From contig JBDHJS010000008.1 in assembly GCA_039586795.1 (NCBI GenBank), positions 1-64,000 of the forward strand: DNA of 64,000 nucleotides, read 5' to 3'. The notes under the pieces were generated by a model. That model made no database searches, had not been told where the DNA came from, and saw only the letters and a program-made list of their open reading frames with translations. Made by a program: the position numbers and the translations under genes. Shown piece by piece: positions 1 through 11,393 of this stretch (positions within the stretch are counted from its first letter, which is position 1; each line of letters opens with the position of its first letter). The stretch is from Gemmatimonadota bacterium (GTDB lineage Bacteria; Gemmatimonadota; Gemmatimonadetes; Palauibacterales; KS3-K002).

Positions 1-753
1 GGCGAGCTCCGAAGCGGCAGAGTCGAGCTCTCGCTGTAGGCGCTGCTCGAACCCGTCCACATCGAGGCCGGCGGCGAGGGGTTCCGGCAGTGGTTCGCCC
101 GAACGTGATTCCATGATTCTCAGAATGTCTGCGGCGGAGGTGACCAAGGCGGCGCCTTCCTGGATGAGCCGGTTGGTGCCGGCGCTGGTCGCGTTGTGGA
201 TGGGGCCCGGGACGGCGAAGACTTCCTTTCCTCCCTCCAGCGCGTGCTGTGCGGTATTCATGGCGCCGCTGTGCTCCGGCGCCTCAACCACCAGGACTCC
301 GCGGGCGAGACCGGCAATGATGCGGTTGCGTTGGGGGAAGTGGTACTTACGAGGGCCAGTGCCGTTCGGAAACTCGGTGACCAGGCAACCGCGCTCGGCG
401 ACGGAGCGGATCAGATCCTCGTGTTCCTCGGGATAGGGCACGTCGAGACCCGTTCCAAGAACCCCCACCGTGTCGCCTCCCGCCTCGAGCGCCGCCCGGT
501 GCGCGATGCCGTCGATACCACGGGCCAGTCCAGAGATGATCGTATAGCCAGCGCGCACGAGACCCACCACGAACGAGGCGGTGGCGTCCGCTCCGTATGT
601 CGTGTGAGAACGTGTGCCGACTACCCCTATCCCGGGGCGGTGCAACAGCTCGAGCCGGCCCTGCGCGTGGAGCGCCGACGGAGGTTGTGGGAGGTGCCGG
701 AGCGCCGCCGGATAGTCCGGATCGTCCAGCTCGAGGGTGGGCCGCACGGTCAT
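1..753 (-). CDS. dprA: DNA-processing protein DprA (3' end runs off the window; absent from the ORF track)
   Basis: Manual minus-strand translation from ATG 753: MTVRPTLELDDPDYPAALRHLPQPP...GIGVVGTRSHTTYG...TIISGLARGIDGIAHRAALEAGGDTVGVLGTGLDVPYP, the DprA Rossmann-fold motifs. Confidence 0.92.
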   Translation of the reverse strand, partial: MTVRPTLELDDPDYPAALRHLPQPPSALHAQGRLELLHRPGIGVVGTRSHTTYGADATASFVVGLVRAGYTIISGLARGIDGIAHRAALEAGGDTVGVLGTGLDVPYPEEHEDLIRSVAERGCLVTEFPNGTGPRKYHFPQRNRIIAGLARGVLVVEAPEHSGAMNTAQHALEGGKEVFAVPGPIHNATSAGTNRLIQEGAALVTSAADILRIMESRSGEPLPEPLAAGLDVDGFEQRLQRELDSAASELA

Positions 754-885
754 GGCTGAAAAATGGGCGGCGCACATCAACACATCGTCACCAACCCAAG
801 ATTGGAGCAGGCAGGGTTGCTCAGGTGCGTGCTCCGGGCCTAGATAACGTGTCGGCGGTCGAGATTCTGCTCTATGGAGTGAGAG

Positions 886-3303
886 ATGACCTACCTGGTG
901 ATGATCGCGCTGCAATTCGCGACGACATTCGTCGCCGCCGGGGCGGCGCAGGCCCGCCCACAGCTCTACGAGCTCCGCTACGAGCAGCCTGCCCAGCACT
1001 TCGAGGAGACTCTGCTGCTGGGCAACGGCCGGGTGGGCGCTTCGCTGTTCGGCGGCGTGGGAACCGAGCGGATCTACCTTAACGATGCGACGCTCTGGGC
1101 GGGAGGGCCGGTTGACGCCCAGATGAACCCGCGGGCCTTCGAACATCTACCCGAGGTGAGAGAGGCCCTCGCTGCCGGGGACTGGCGCAGCGCAGACCGG
1201 CTCGTCCGTCAGCTACAGGGGAAGTTCTCCGAGTCCTATGCGCCGTTGGGCACCCTGCTTCTCCAACTGAACCACGGAGAAACGACTGCCGACTACCTGC
1301 GCACCCTCGACCTGGGAAGCGCCACAGCAACTGTCGACTATCGGATAGGTGAGACCCGATATTCGCGTGAGGCCTTCGTTTCGAGCCCCGACCGGATCAT
1401 GGCGATACGCATGACGGCCAGTGAAGCGGGAAGACTGGGGTTCACAATTCGTTTTGAGAGCCTTCTCCGCTACAGAGTCTTGTCGCAGGACGGGACGCTC
1501 TACGCGACGGGAGAGGCTCCGGTGCATGCAGAGCCGAGCTACAGGGGCGACATTCCCAACCCCATCGTCTACGAAGAGGGCCGAGGGACTCGCTTCGGCG
1601 TGCTGGTTCGCGTTGTGGACACCGACGGAACCGTTACGGAGACCGGGGGCACCCTCTCTCTGACGAACGCGTCCCAGGCCACCCTGCTGGTTTCTGTGTC
1701 CACTAGCTTCAACGGCTTCGACCGGGAGCCAGGCCTGGACGGCCTGGACGAGATCCGCATCGCGGAACAGCAGCTGGCGGAAGCATCCACTCGTGATTAT
1801 GACGCGCTGCACGTACGTCACGTAGAAGACTTCGGAGCGTTCTTCAACCGGGTCGCTCTCGACCTGGGCCCTGATCCCGCACCGGGACTGGCCACCGACG
1901 AGCGTTTGCGCCGTTATACTGATGGTGCAGCGGATCCTTACCTCGAGGGTTTGTACTTTCAGTTTGGCCGCTACCTGCTGATCAGCAGTTCACGCACGCC
2001 GGGCGTGCCGGCGAACCTCCAGGGCATCTGGAACCCGCACATGCGCCCGCCGTGGAGCAGCAACTACACGACGAACATCAACGTCGAGATGAACTACTGG
2101 CCGGCGGAGGTGACGAACCTCTCGGAGATGCACGAACCGTTGCTTTCGTTCATCGAAAACCTGTCGGTAACGGGCCGTATCACCGCCGAGACGTTTTGGG
2201 GGACCCGAGGTTGGGCGGTGAGTCACAACAGCGACATCTGGGCGATGTCAAATCCGGTGGGCGACTTCGGGAAGGGTCATCCGGTCTGGGCCAACTGGAA
2301 CATGGCCGGCGTTTGGCTCAGCACGCATCTGTGGGAGCACTACGCCTTCACCGGCGATCTCGAGTTCTTGGAACATCGGGCGTACCCGCTCATGGTAGGC
2401 GCCGCCGAGTTCGCCCTGGACTGGTTGATCGAAGGGCCCGATGGCTACCTGATCACGGAGCAGTCCACGTCTCCCGAGAACCTGTATCGAACACCGGACG
2501 GCTACAACGGTGCGACGACGATCGCCACCACAGCAGACATGTCGATGATCCGAGAGTTGTTCGACGACATCATCAAGGCGAGCGAGATCCTGGATCGGGA
2601 CGTCGAGCTGCGCGAAGAACTACGCGCGGTCCGCGAGCGCCTGGCCCCCTATCGGATTGGGAAAGACAAAAGCCTGCAGGAGTGGTATCACGACTGGGAG
2701 GACGCCGATCCCCTGCACCGCCACCAGACCCACTTGTTCGGGCTCCATCCCGGCACGCACATCGATCCGGACCAGACACCGGAGTTAGCAGAGGCATCGC
2801 GGGTCGCCCTCGAGATCAAAGGCGACGAGTCGACCGGCTGGTCGAAGGCGTGGCGGATCAACTTGTGGGCGCGTCTGCGGGACGGCGACCGGGCCCACAA
2901 GCTCTACCGGGAGCTGCTCACCTACGTCCACCCCGTGCCAGACTTACGATACGATCGCGGTGGCGGTACCTATCCGAACCTGATGGACGCTCACCCGCCG
3001 TTCCAGATCGATGGCAACTTCGGCGGAACCGCGGGCGTGGCGGAGATGCTCGTCCAGTCCCACGCCGGTGAGATCCGCCTGTTGCCAGCGCTTCCTGGGG
3101 CCTGGCGAAACGGCAGCGTGCGTGGCCTGCGGACCCGGGGCGGTGTGGAGGTTAGTCTGGTGTGGCAGGACGGTGCTCTTGTGTCGGCGACGTTGATCGC
3201 CACTGTGGATGGCTCTCACCGGCTGGTCTATGGTGATGTGGAGCGCATGGTGGAAATTGATGCGGGTGAGGAGATTCAATTGGATGGAGCCCTAAGGCGA
3301 TAA
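886..3303 (+). CDS. GH95 family glycoside hydrolase (alpha-L-fucosidase-like), secreted
   Basis: LLLGNGRVGA, YFQFGRYLLISSSR, ANLQGIWN, YTTNINVEMNYW, HRHQTHLFGLHPG and HPPFQIDGNFGGTAG motifs; N-terminal signal peptide. Confidence 0.93.
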   Translation: MTYLVMIALQFATTFVAAGAAQARPQLYELRYEQPAQHFEETLLLGNGRVGASLFGGVGTERIYLNDATLWAGGPVDAQMNPRAFEHLPEVREALAAGDWRSADRLVRQLQGKFSESYAPLGTLLLQLNHGETTADYLRTLDLGSATATVDYRIGETRYSREAFVSSPDRIMAIRMTASEAGRLGFTIRFESLLRYRVLSQDGTLYATGEAPVHAEPSYRGDIPNPIVYEEGRGTRFGVLVRVVDTDGTVTETGGTLSLTNASQATLLVSVSTSFNGFDREPGLDGLDEIRIAEQQLAEASTRDYDALHVRHVEDFGAFFNRVALDLGPDPAPGLATDERLRRYTDGAADPYLEGLYFQFGRYLLISSSRTPGVPANLQGIWNPHMRPPWSSNYTTNINVEMNYWPAEVTNLSEMHEPLLSFIENLSVTGRITAETFWGTRGWAVSHNSDIWAMSNPVGDFGKGHPVWANWNMAGVWLSTHLWEHYAFTGDLEFLEHRAYPLMVGAAEFALDWLIEGPDGYLITEQSTSPENLYRTPDGYNGATTIATTADMSMIRELFDDIIKASEILDRDVELREELRAVRERLAPYRIGKDKSLQEWYHDWEDADPLHRHQTHLFGLHPGTHIDPDQTPELAEASRVALEIKGDESTGWSKAWRINLWARLRDGDRAHKLYRELLTYVHPVPDLRYDRGGGTYPNLMDAHPPFQIDGNFGGTAGVAEMLVQSHAGEIRLLPALPGAWRNGSVRGLRTRGGVEVSLVWQDGALVSATLIATVDGSHRLVYGDVERMVEIDAGEEIQLDGALRR

Positions 3304-3313
3304 CGGAGGAATC

Positions 3314-3850
3314 TTGGCAAAGGCACGGACAGGACTGTTGACTCTGAGTACGTGGGCTTTGGCGGCGTGTGCTGGCGGCAACGAAACCGAGATTCGCCAG
3401 TCGACCCCCGAGGAAACGGCTTACGGCTACAAGCAAGCGGTGGTCGATCAGGACTGGGAACGGTCGTTCGTCTTCCTCACGCGCAAGGCCCAGGAATCGA
3501 TGGTCGGGGGAGCGTTCCTGACGGCGGCCTACGGCGCGCAGGCAGACACCGCGCTGGCGAATTCCTACGCGAAGCTGGCGGACAAGTACGGTCTACTGGC
3601 GAACGATGCGGATCAAACCGATCACGATGACCTGGCCGGGATATTCGTCGAGATCGCGGAGTGGACTGAAGACAACCTGCCTGCCGAACACGGCGGCACC
3701 TGGCTCGTGACAGTGGCCGAGCAGATGGCGGTCACGGAGTTCACCGATTTCGAGATCGTTGGGGACCGGGCACGCGCGAAAATGGTGCACCCGGAGAATA
3801 CCCGTGATGTCTCGTTCAAGAGGATCGACGGGCGCTGGTACATCGACTAA
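3314..3850 (+). CDS. Hypothetical lipoprotein with an NTF2/DUF4878-like C-terminus
   Basis: Lipobox-like LAAC; ends FKRIDGRWYID; GGAGG RBS before the TTG start. Confidence 0.7.
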   Translation: MAKARTGLLTLSTWALAACAGGNETEIRQSTPEETAYGYKQAVVDQDWERSFVFLTRKAQESMVGGAFLTAAYGAQADTALANSYAKLADKYGLLANDADQTDHDDLAGIFVEIAEWTEDNLPAEHGGTWLVTVAEQMAVTEFTDFEIVGDRARAKMVHPENTRDVSFKRIDGRWYID

Positions 3851-3874
3851 AGCAGGGCGGCCCCTGAGGGCCGG

Positions 3875-4063
3875 TCAGACGTTCGCCGATCGGCTCCCGC
3901 TAAACGCCTGGTAGATCGCGGCCCAGCCCACCGCCAGATAGACGAGGCGGCTAAGACCACCGAACACGGTTCCTACCAAATTGAAACCGAACAAACCGAT
4001 GAGGCCCCAGTTGAGGCCCCCCGCGATCAACAACACGAGGGCGATTTTGCCGAGATTATTCAA
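3875..4063 (-). CDS. DUF378 family small membrane protein
   Basis: IAGGLNWGLIGLFGFNLV...LSRLVYLAVG pattern; GGAGGAG RBS before TTG. Confidence 0.85.
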   Translation of the reverse strand: MNNLGKIALVLLIAGGLNWGLIGLFGFNLVGTVFGGLSRLVYLAVGWAAIYQAFSGSRSANV

Positions 4064-4288
4064 GGCTCTCCTCCAGTAGATCTACGACCTATCCCCGTTC
4101 CGACTCCGTTCCACGACCCCGCACGCTACCGGCCTGATTCCCTACGGGTGCTAGCTCGACTCGGTTTCGAGTACCTCGTTGAGTACAGGCCGAGCCCACA
4201 CAGCGTGGCCCCACGACTCCAGTGTGAAGCCGCGGGGCCTGAACCTCCTTCGACGCTATTTACTGACGGCGCCTTGGCGCTCGCCGTC

Positions 4289-4984
4289 TCAGCCCATCAG
4301 CTCGTTGAGCCGTTCCTCCAGCTTCGCCCACTTGCTCTTGGCCCAAGTGGCCAGATCGGACAGGCCCTGCCCTGCGAGTACCAGCGCATGGTAGCCCGCG
4401 ACGGCATCCCAATCGACCACGTTCATGAACGCCTTGATGTAGTCGGGTCGGCGGTTCTGGTAGTTGAGGTAGTAAGCGTGCTCCCAGACGTCGATGCCGA
4501 GGATCGGCGCCACACCCTGTGAGACGGGATTATCCTGATTCGCCGTCTTCTCGATGCTGAGCTTTCCATCCGGGTTCACGCAGAGCCAAGCCCAGCCGCT
4601 GCCGAAGACCGTGGCCGCCGCCGCGCTGAACTGCTCGTGGAACCCGGCGAACGACCCGAAGGCCTCGTCGATAGCGTCGCCGAGCAGGCCGTCCGGCGTG
4701 CCGCCGCCGTTGCCGCTCATGATCGTCCAGAAGATCGAGTGGTTCAGGTGACCGCCGCCGTGGTTGCGAACGGCGGTGCGAATGTTCTCCGGAACCGCGT
4801 CCAGGTCCATGACCAACTCGAGCGTCGTCAGGCTCTGAAGGGCCTGATGACCCTCGAGGGCGGCGTTCAGCTTGTCCACGTAAGCCTGGTGATGCTTGGA
4901 GTGGTGGATCTCCATGGTCCGGGCGTCGATGTGGGGCTCCAACGCGTCGTAAGCGTAGGGGAGCTTGGGGAGTATGTGGCTCAT
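4289..4984 (-). CDS. sodA: Superoxide dismutase, Mn-type signature, with C-terminal extension
   Basis: [44 protein letters not shown] spacing favours ATG 4984. Confidence 0.95.
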   Translation of the reverse strand: MSHILPKLPYAYDALEPHIDARTMEIHHSKHHQAYVDKLNAALEGHQALQSLTTLELVMDLDAVPENIRTAVRNHGGGHLNHSIFWTIMSGNGGGTPDGLLGDAIDEAFGSFAGFHEQFSAAAATVFGSGWAWLCVNPDGKLSIEKTANQDNPVSQGVAPILGIDVWEHAYYLNYQNRRPDYIKAFMNVVDWDAVAGYHALVLAGQGLSDLATWAKSKWAKLEERLNELMG

Positions 4985-5106
4985 GATCATTCCTCGTATA
5001 GGTCAGCGCTCCGTTTAAGCACATCGCAGGGCAGTCTATCGGCCCCAGAGCCTCGTCCGGGGCCGGCACCGCCCAAAGTTTAACCTTTCTGATTCCTCCG
5101 GGCCCA

Positions 5107-6663
5107 TCAACCGCCTGGCGGGACCAACATCTGCATCACCTGATCGATGCTAAAGCTGGCCGGCTTCTGACGCGGCGGGAACTCCTGGAAGGTCTGGAGA
5201 AACCTCGCCACATACTGCTGGGCCGGAACCAGGAAGAATACCTTGTCGAGCAGCCAGTCGTAGTACGTGTTGGACGTCTCGATCGCCCGCTCATACGGAT
5301 CGCGCCGCATGTGGAAGATCATTGGGAAGCGCAGCGGAACCCAGGGATCGGCCCACGCGCGGAGGCCTGCGTCGGTGGGCTGCTCCAAGAAGACCAGCTT
5401 CCAGTCATCATATCGGAGGGCCGTTAAATCACCGGTGTCGGAGAAGTAGAAGATCTCCTTGCGCGGACTCTCGTCGGTCTGGCCGGTGAGGAGCGGCAGG
5501 ATGTTGTAGCCGTCCAAGTGGACTCGGTACTCGCGGTCCATGGCTCTCGAGGAGTAGCCGTCGAGCAAGTCTTCCTTGATGTTGTCCACACCCGCGGCAG
5601 CAGCGAGTGTAGGAAACCAGTCCATGTGGTGGACGATCTCGTTGGTCACCGAGCCCGCCGGGATCCGTCCGGGCCAGCGCACCATCGCCGGCACCCGCCA
5701 GCCGCCCTCCCAGTTCGTGTTCTTCTCACCATGGAACGGCGACCAGCCGGCGTCGGGCCAAGTGTTCATGTGCGGCCCATTGTCGGTGCTGTAGAAGACG
5801 ATGGTGTTGTCCGCAATGCCGAGCTCGTCGAGCAGGTCGAGGAATACGCCGATATGCATATCGTGCTCGACCATTCCATCGGCGTACTCATCCTGCCCGG
5901 AGATACCGCGCAGCTCCGGCTTGACGTGTGTTCGGAAGTGCATCCGGGTACCGTTCCACCACACCATCCAGGGAGTGCCGGCGGCGTTGGCGTCACGAAT
6001 GAAACGGACGGCGGCCTCGACCGTCTCGTCGTCCACCGTCTCCATGCGCTTTCTGGTCAACGGCCCGGTGTCCTCGATGCGGCCGTCGGCGTAGCTGTGG
6101 ATCACGCCACGCGGACCGAAGGCTTCGGCGAAAGTCCGTCCGTCTGCCAGCACCAAATCGCCCGGATAGTCCTCGTCCTCGGGCTCCTCCTCCGCATTCA
6201 GGTGGTAGAGGTTGCCCAAGAACTCGTCGAAGCCGTGATTCGTCGGCAGAAACTCGTCCCGGTCGCCCAGGTGGTTCTTTCCGAATTGCCCGGTGGTATA
6301 GCCGAGGTCCTTGAGGACGACGGCGAACGTCGGATCCTCTACCTGCAGGCCAAGATCAGACCCTGGAAGGCCGACCTTGGACAGACCGGTCCGGAACACG
6401 CTCTGTCCCGTGACGAACGAGGAGCGTCCGGCAGTACAACTCTGCTCACCGTAGTAGTCGGTGAAGATCATGCCCTCATTCGCGATCCGATCGATGTTCG
6501 GTGTCCGGTAGCCCACCAGGCCCATCGTGTAGGCGCTGATGTTCGACTGCCCGATGTCGTCGCCCCAGACGATCAGGATATTAGGCCTGTCCTGGGCTAA
6601 TCCGGGTGTCGCAGCGAGCGCGGCGAACAGCAGCGCAACGGCGGCTGTGACAAGTCGCTTCAT
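5107..6663 (-). CDS. Arylsulfatase family protein (Cys-type), secreted
   Basis: PNILIVWGDD, CTAGR formylglycine motif, GKNHLG, STDNG; signal peptide. Confidence 0.93.
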   Translation of the reverse strand: MKRLVTAAVALLFAALAATPGLAQDRPNILIVWGDDIGQSNISAYTMGLVGYRTPNIDRIANEGMIFTDYYGEQSCTAGRSSFVTGQSVFRTGLSKVGLPGSDLGLQVEDPTFAVVLKDLGYTTGQFGKNHLGDRDEFLPTNHGFDEFLGNLYHLNAEEEPEDEDYPGDLVLADGRTFAEAFGPRGVIHSYADGRIEDTGPLTRKRMETVDDETVEAAVRFIRDANAAGTPWMVWWNGTRMHFRTHVKPELRGISGQDEYADGMVEHDMHIGVFLDLLDELGIADNTIVFYSTDNGPHMNTWPDAGWSPFHGEKNTNWEGGWRVPAMVRWPGRIPAGSVTNEIVHHMDWFPTLAAAAGVDNIKEDLLDGYSSRAMDREYRVHLDGYNILPLLTGQTDESPRKEIFYFSDTGDLTALRYDDWKLVFLEQPTDAGLRAWADPWVPLRFPMIFHMRRDPYERAIETSNTYYDWLLDKVFFLVPAQQYVARFLQTFQEFPPRQKPASFSIDQVMQMLVPPGG

Positions 6664-6679
6664 GGTTATCTCCTTGCTC

Positions 6680-7678
6680 TTACGGGTTTGGGGATGAGAA
6701 GACCCGATTCCAGTCGCGCTTCATGTCAACGACTGTCCATCCTTTTGCCTGCGCTTCATCGAGTGCTTCATCGAGCCGGCCAATGGACGACGAGCGGTCG
6801 TAGGCCCATTCGCGATCCTCGTCGGTGTGGCGGACGAGGAGCGCGAAACGCGCGCCACTACCGGCGGTTGTCCACTGCAGCATCTGCAGGTCGCCGTCGG
6901 AGTTGCCGAACGCGGCAAGTGGCCGGCGGCCAATGTGCTGATTGATGGCGACCGGTTTACCGGCTTTGTCGTCAACAAAGTTGAGCTCCGGCAGGCGTAC
7001 AAGCGCGGGGCTTCCATCCCGCAACTCGAACCCGGTCTTGATACTGCTTCCGATAACTTGCTCCGGTGGTACGCCGTAGACCTCCTCGGCGAACGCGCGT
7101 ATGAACTCAATGCCTCCGCCGGAGACGATGTAGGTTTTAAAGCCATTGGCACGCAGATACGTGAGCAGCTCGAGCATCGGCTGGTAGACCATCTCCGTGT
7201 AAGGTCGCCCGGTATTCGGATGCCGTGCCGTGGTCAGCCAATCCCTCACGGCTTCAGCGAACTCCTCCGTCGTGATACCGGCGTGGGTGGCCATGACAAG
7301 CTCGAGCAACGCGTGCTCTCCACCCGACAGGACCGTCCCGAGGTCGTTCTCAAGCACCCCCTTGAAAGGCTGCGTGTCCTTCCACTCGGGATGCATCGGC
7401 GCGAGGGCCTTGACGCGGTCCAGTGCAAATGCGAGCTGAAAGTACAGGGGTTGTTCGGCCCACAGCGTACCGTCGTTGTCGAAGACGGCGATGCGCTCGG
7501 CCGGCGCCACAAAATCAGGGCCGTCCTCCCGGGTCACCGCCTCAACAAACTCGACGAGCGACCGCTTTGTTCCGGTGTCGTTCCAGGAAAGCAGGGCATC
7601 GGGAGCCGGAGCTACTCCTCGACACCCCAGCAGAGCCAACCCCAGAGTGAGGACTACTGCACGTCCTACCTCAGACAT
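6680..7678 (-). CDS. HAD-family hydrolase / nonspecific acid phosphatase, probable lipoprotein
   Basis: FDNDGTLW, IVSGGG and GNSDGD motifs; LLGC lipobox after ATG 7678 with GGAGG RBS. Confidence 0.88.
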   Translation of the reverse strand: MSEVGRAVVLTLGLALLGCRGVAPAPDALLSWNDTGTKRSLVEFVEAVTREDGPDFVAPAERIAVFDNDGTLWAEQPLYFQLAFALDRVKALAPMHPEWKDTQPFKGVLENDLGTVLSGGEHALLELVMATHAGITTEEFAEAVRDWLTTARHPNTGRPYTEMVYQPMLELLTYLRANGFKTYIVSGGGIEFIRAFAEEVYGVPPEQVIGSSIKTGFELRDGSPALVRLPELNFVDDKAGKPVAINQHIGRRPLAAFGNSDGDLQMLQWTTAGSGARFALLVRHTDEDREWAYDRSSSIGRLDEALDEAQAKGWTVVDMKRDWNRVFSSPNP

Positions 7679-7859
7679 CGTGCCTCCCGGTTTGAAAATC
7701 TCTATTAGGGAAGTACCGGCTGAACGGCTCGCCTCCTGGCTGGCCACCGGACACCGCCATGGAACGCAAACGTCTCACGGCTGAGGTGGAACGGCTCGAG
7801 AGGAAGCTAACCGCGCTGGAGGAATGAAGGCGCGGCAGTGGTAACACGTCAAGTAGACT

Positions 7860-9472
<1,613 letters not shown>

Positions 9473-9474
9473 GG

Positions 9475-10482
9475 TCAAACGCTCCGCTCGATTCGGAAAG
9501 CGGGTCGAATCTCGCCAACCACTTCACCGCGTGTGTTCTTCACGGTATGCGTGTGCCGGTCTTCAAGCGCGCTTCGCTCGTCGCCGGTGAGCAACCCCAT
9601 CTGATCGAGGAACTCAACCACGGCCGGGCCCACGGCACGGCGGCTGCCATCCTCGACCTTCAGAGCGATGCCCACACTGCGGTCGCGATCTCCCAGGCAG
9701 TAGACCGCCTCGGCGCCGAACTTGGCGAGCAAGCGTCCTCCGGTCACCTCCATGAGCGTGGAAGTGAAACGGCCGGTACCGCCAACGAAGTATGGCTCCA
9801 TCGTCATCGCCCGAGTGATGCGGCCGGCGGCGCTCGAGGGGTCGTGCTCGGCGGAGGCGACGAGTTTGGCGTAGACACCGGCCATACTGTTCAGCGCTTG
9901 GGCATAAGATGGCACGCCGCAGCCGTCAATTCCGACGGGGATGGCCTCGCAGTCGGCGCCGGCCCAGGCACCGATCTCGCTACAGATGCGGCGCTGCACG
10001 GGGTGGCCGGGCTGATGATAGCCTTCGATGTCGACGCCGGTGTGAACGCACCAGGCGAGCATTCCCGCATGTTTGCCGGAGCAATTGTTGTGGATGCGCG
10101 TCGGGCGCTCTCCGGCGCTCTGCATCGCATCAATTGTCTCCTTGTGGAACGGCCAATGCGGTCCGCAGACAAGATCGTCTTCGGAGCAATTGACCTTGTC
10201 GAGGATCGAGCGAACCGCGTCGATATGCCGCTCTTCTCCCGAATGCGACGCACAGCAGACGGCAATCTCTGCATCGCTGAGGTCGAAAGCATCGGCGGCG
10301 CCGTCGGCTACCAGCGGCAACGCTTGCAGCGGTTTGGCGGAAGAGCGGAAGAAGGTGACGAGCTCGGGGTCACCCACCCAAGCGATGAGCTGGCCTTGTC
10401 GGTCCAATGCCGCCGCTGAAACGCGGTGACGGGATTCGACCCTACCGCCGCGTACGACTTCGATGACCGGATCACTGCTCAC
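9475..10482 (-). CDS. L-asparaginase II family (Rhizobium etli AnsA-type, class 3)
   Basis: RSSAKPLQ, CASHSGE, NNCSGKH and DGCGVP motifs; GTG start overlaps the upstream TGA. Confidence 0.88.
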   Translation of the reverse strand: MSSDPVIEVVRGGRVESRHRVSAAALDRQGQLIAWVGDPELVTFFRSSAKPLQALPLVADGAADAFDLSDAEIAVCCASHSGEERHIDAVRSILDKVNCSEDDLVCGPHWPFHKETIDAMQSAGERPTRIHNNCSGKHAGMLAWCVHTGVDIEGYHQPGHPVQRRICSEIGAWAGADCEAIPVGIDGCGVPSYAQALNSMAGVYAKLVASAEHDPSSAAGRITRAMTMEPYFVGGTGRFTSTLMEVTGGRLLAKFGAEAVYCLGDRDRSVGIALKVEDGSRRAVGPAVVEFLDQMGLLTGDERSALEDRHTHTVKNTRGEVVGEIRPAFRIERSV

Positions 10483-11393
10483 TCGATCGCACCCCTTCGC
10501 GCGTGAATGGAGATGGCCAGGCCTGCCAGGATCAAGACTCCTCCCAACACCGTAGAAAGCCCCGGCACCTCGACGCCGCCGAGGAGCCACCAGGCGAGGA
10601 GGCTAGCGCCAATCGGCTCACCGAGCATGGCGAGGTTGACGATATAGGCCCGTACGTAGCGTAGCGACCAATTAAACCCCGTGTGGCCCAAAAGCATAGG
10701 CCCGGCGGCTAGCCCGGCGAAGATCAGCCACTCGCGGCTCGGATAGGCGAACAACGGGTCGCCGCGCAACAGCAGAAAGGGGAACAACACCAGGGCGGCG
10801 AACAGATAGACCCAGCCGGCGTAGGCCCAGATCCCCAGGTGCGGCCTCAGGCGTCGGCCGATGACGAAGTAGCCGGCGACGAGGGCAGCCCCTAGCAAAG
10901 CCAGCAGATTGCCCTTCATAGCCTCAGGCCCGAGAGCGAGGCTGGCGCCACCGATGACCGCCGCCCCGCCGATCGCCACCAGTATGCCGATCCATTCGCC
11001 GCGAACGGGGCGCTCGCGAAGCCAGACGGTCGACAAGATCGCCGAAAACAGCGGGTGCAGATTCACGAACAGGGTGGCGCTGGCGACCGTTGTGAGCTCC
11101 AAAGACAGGAAGAACGTGACGAAGTGGAATGCGAGAAGGACGCCGGCCACAGCCAGCAGCAGCAGCTGAGCACCGCGGACCTTCAGAAGAAGAGCACCCT
11201 CCCGACTGGCGACGATCGCACCGGCGATGATGGCCAGCGACAGCGTGAGGCGCCAGAACGCCAGGGCATAGGCAGACGCATCAGACCACCGCACCAGGAT
11301 GGCCGCCCACGCAATGCCGACGATCGCGACGGCGATGACGAGCGCCGGCGGAACCGGTGGTTTGGCTATCGCATCGGCGGGACTCTCGTTCAC
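10479..11393 (-). CDS. DMT/EamA family transporter
   Basis: About 10 hydrophobic helices in two repeats; GNLLALLGA, GHTGFNWSL, EPIGA. Confidence 0.88.
   Translation of the reverse strand: MNESPADAIAKPPVPPALVIAVAIVGIAWAAILVRWSDASAYALAFWRLTLSLAIIAGAIVASREGALLLKVRGAQLLLLAVAGVLLAFHFVTFFLSLELTTVASATLFVNLHPLFSAILSTVWLRERPVRGEWIGILVAIGGAAVIGGASLALGPEAMKGNLLALLGAALVAGYFVIGRRLRPHLGIWAYAGWVYLFAALVLFPFLLLRGDPLFAYPSREWLIFAGLAAGPMLLGHTGFNWSLRYVRAYIVNLAMLGEPIGASLLAWWLLGGVEVPGLSTVLGGVLILAGLAISIHARRGAIE

Noticed and set aside
113..775. ORF-track calls over 113-775
   Set aside because: The region is explained by minus-strand dprA, which the track missed because it runs off the window.
4064..4288. Assignment of the structured region to SRP, 6S, cobalamin, fluoride or yybP-ykoY RNA
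   Set aside because: Only fragmentary matches (AGGGAA, GGUUCAGG) were found and the core consensus motifs are absent, so it is left unassigned.
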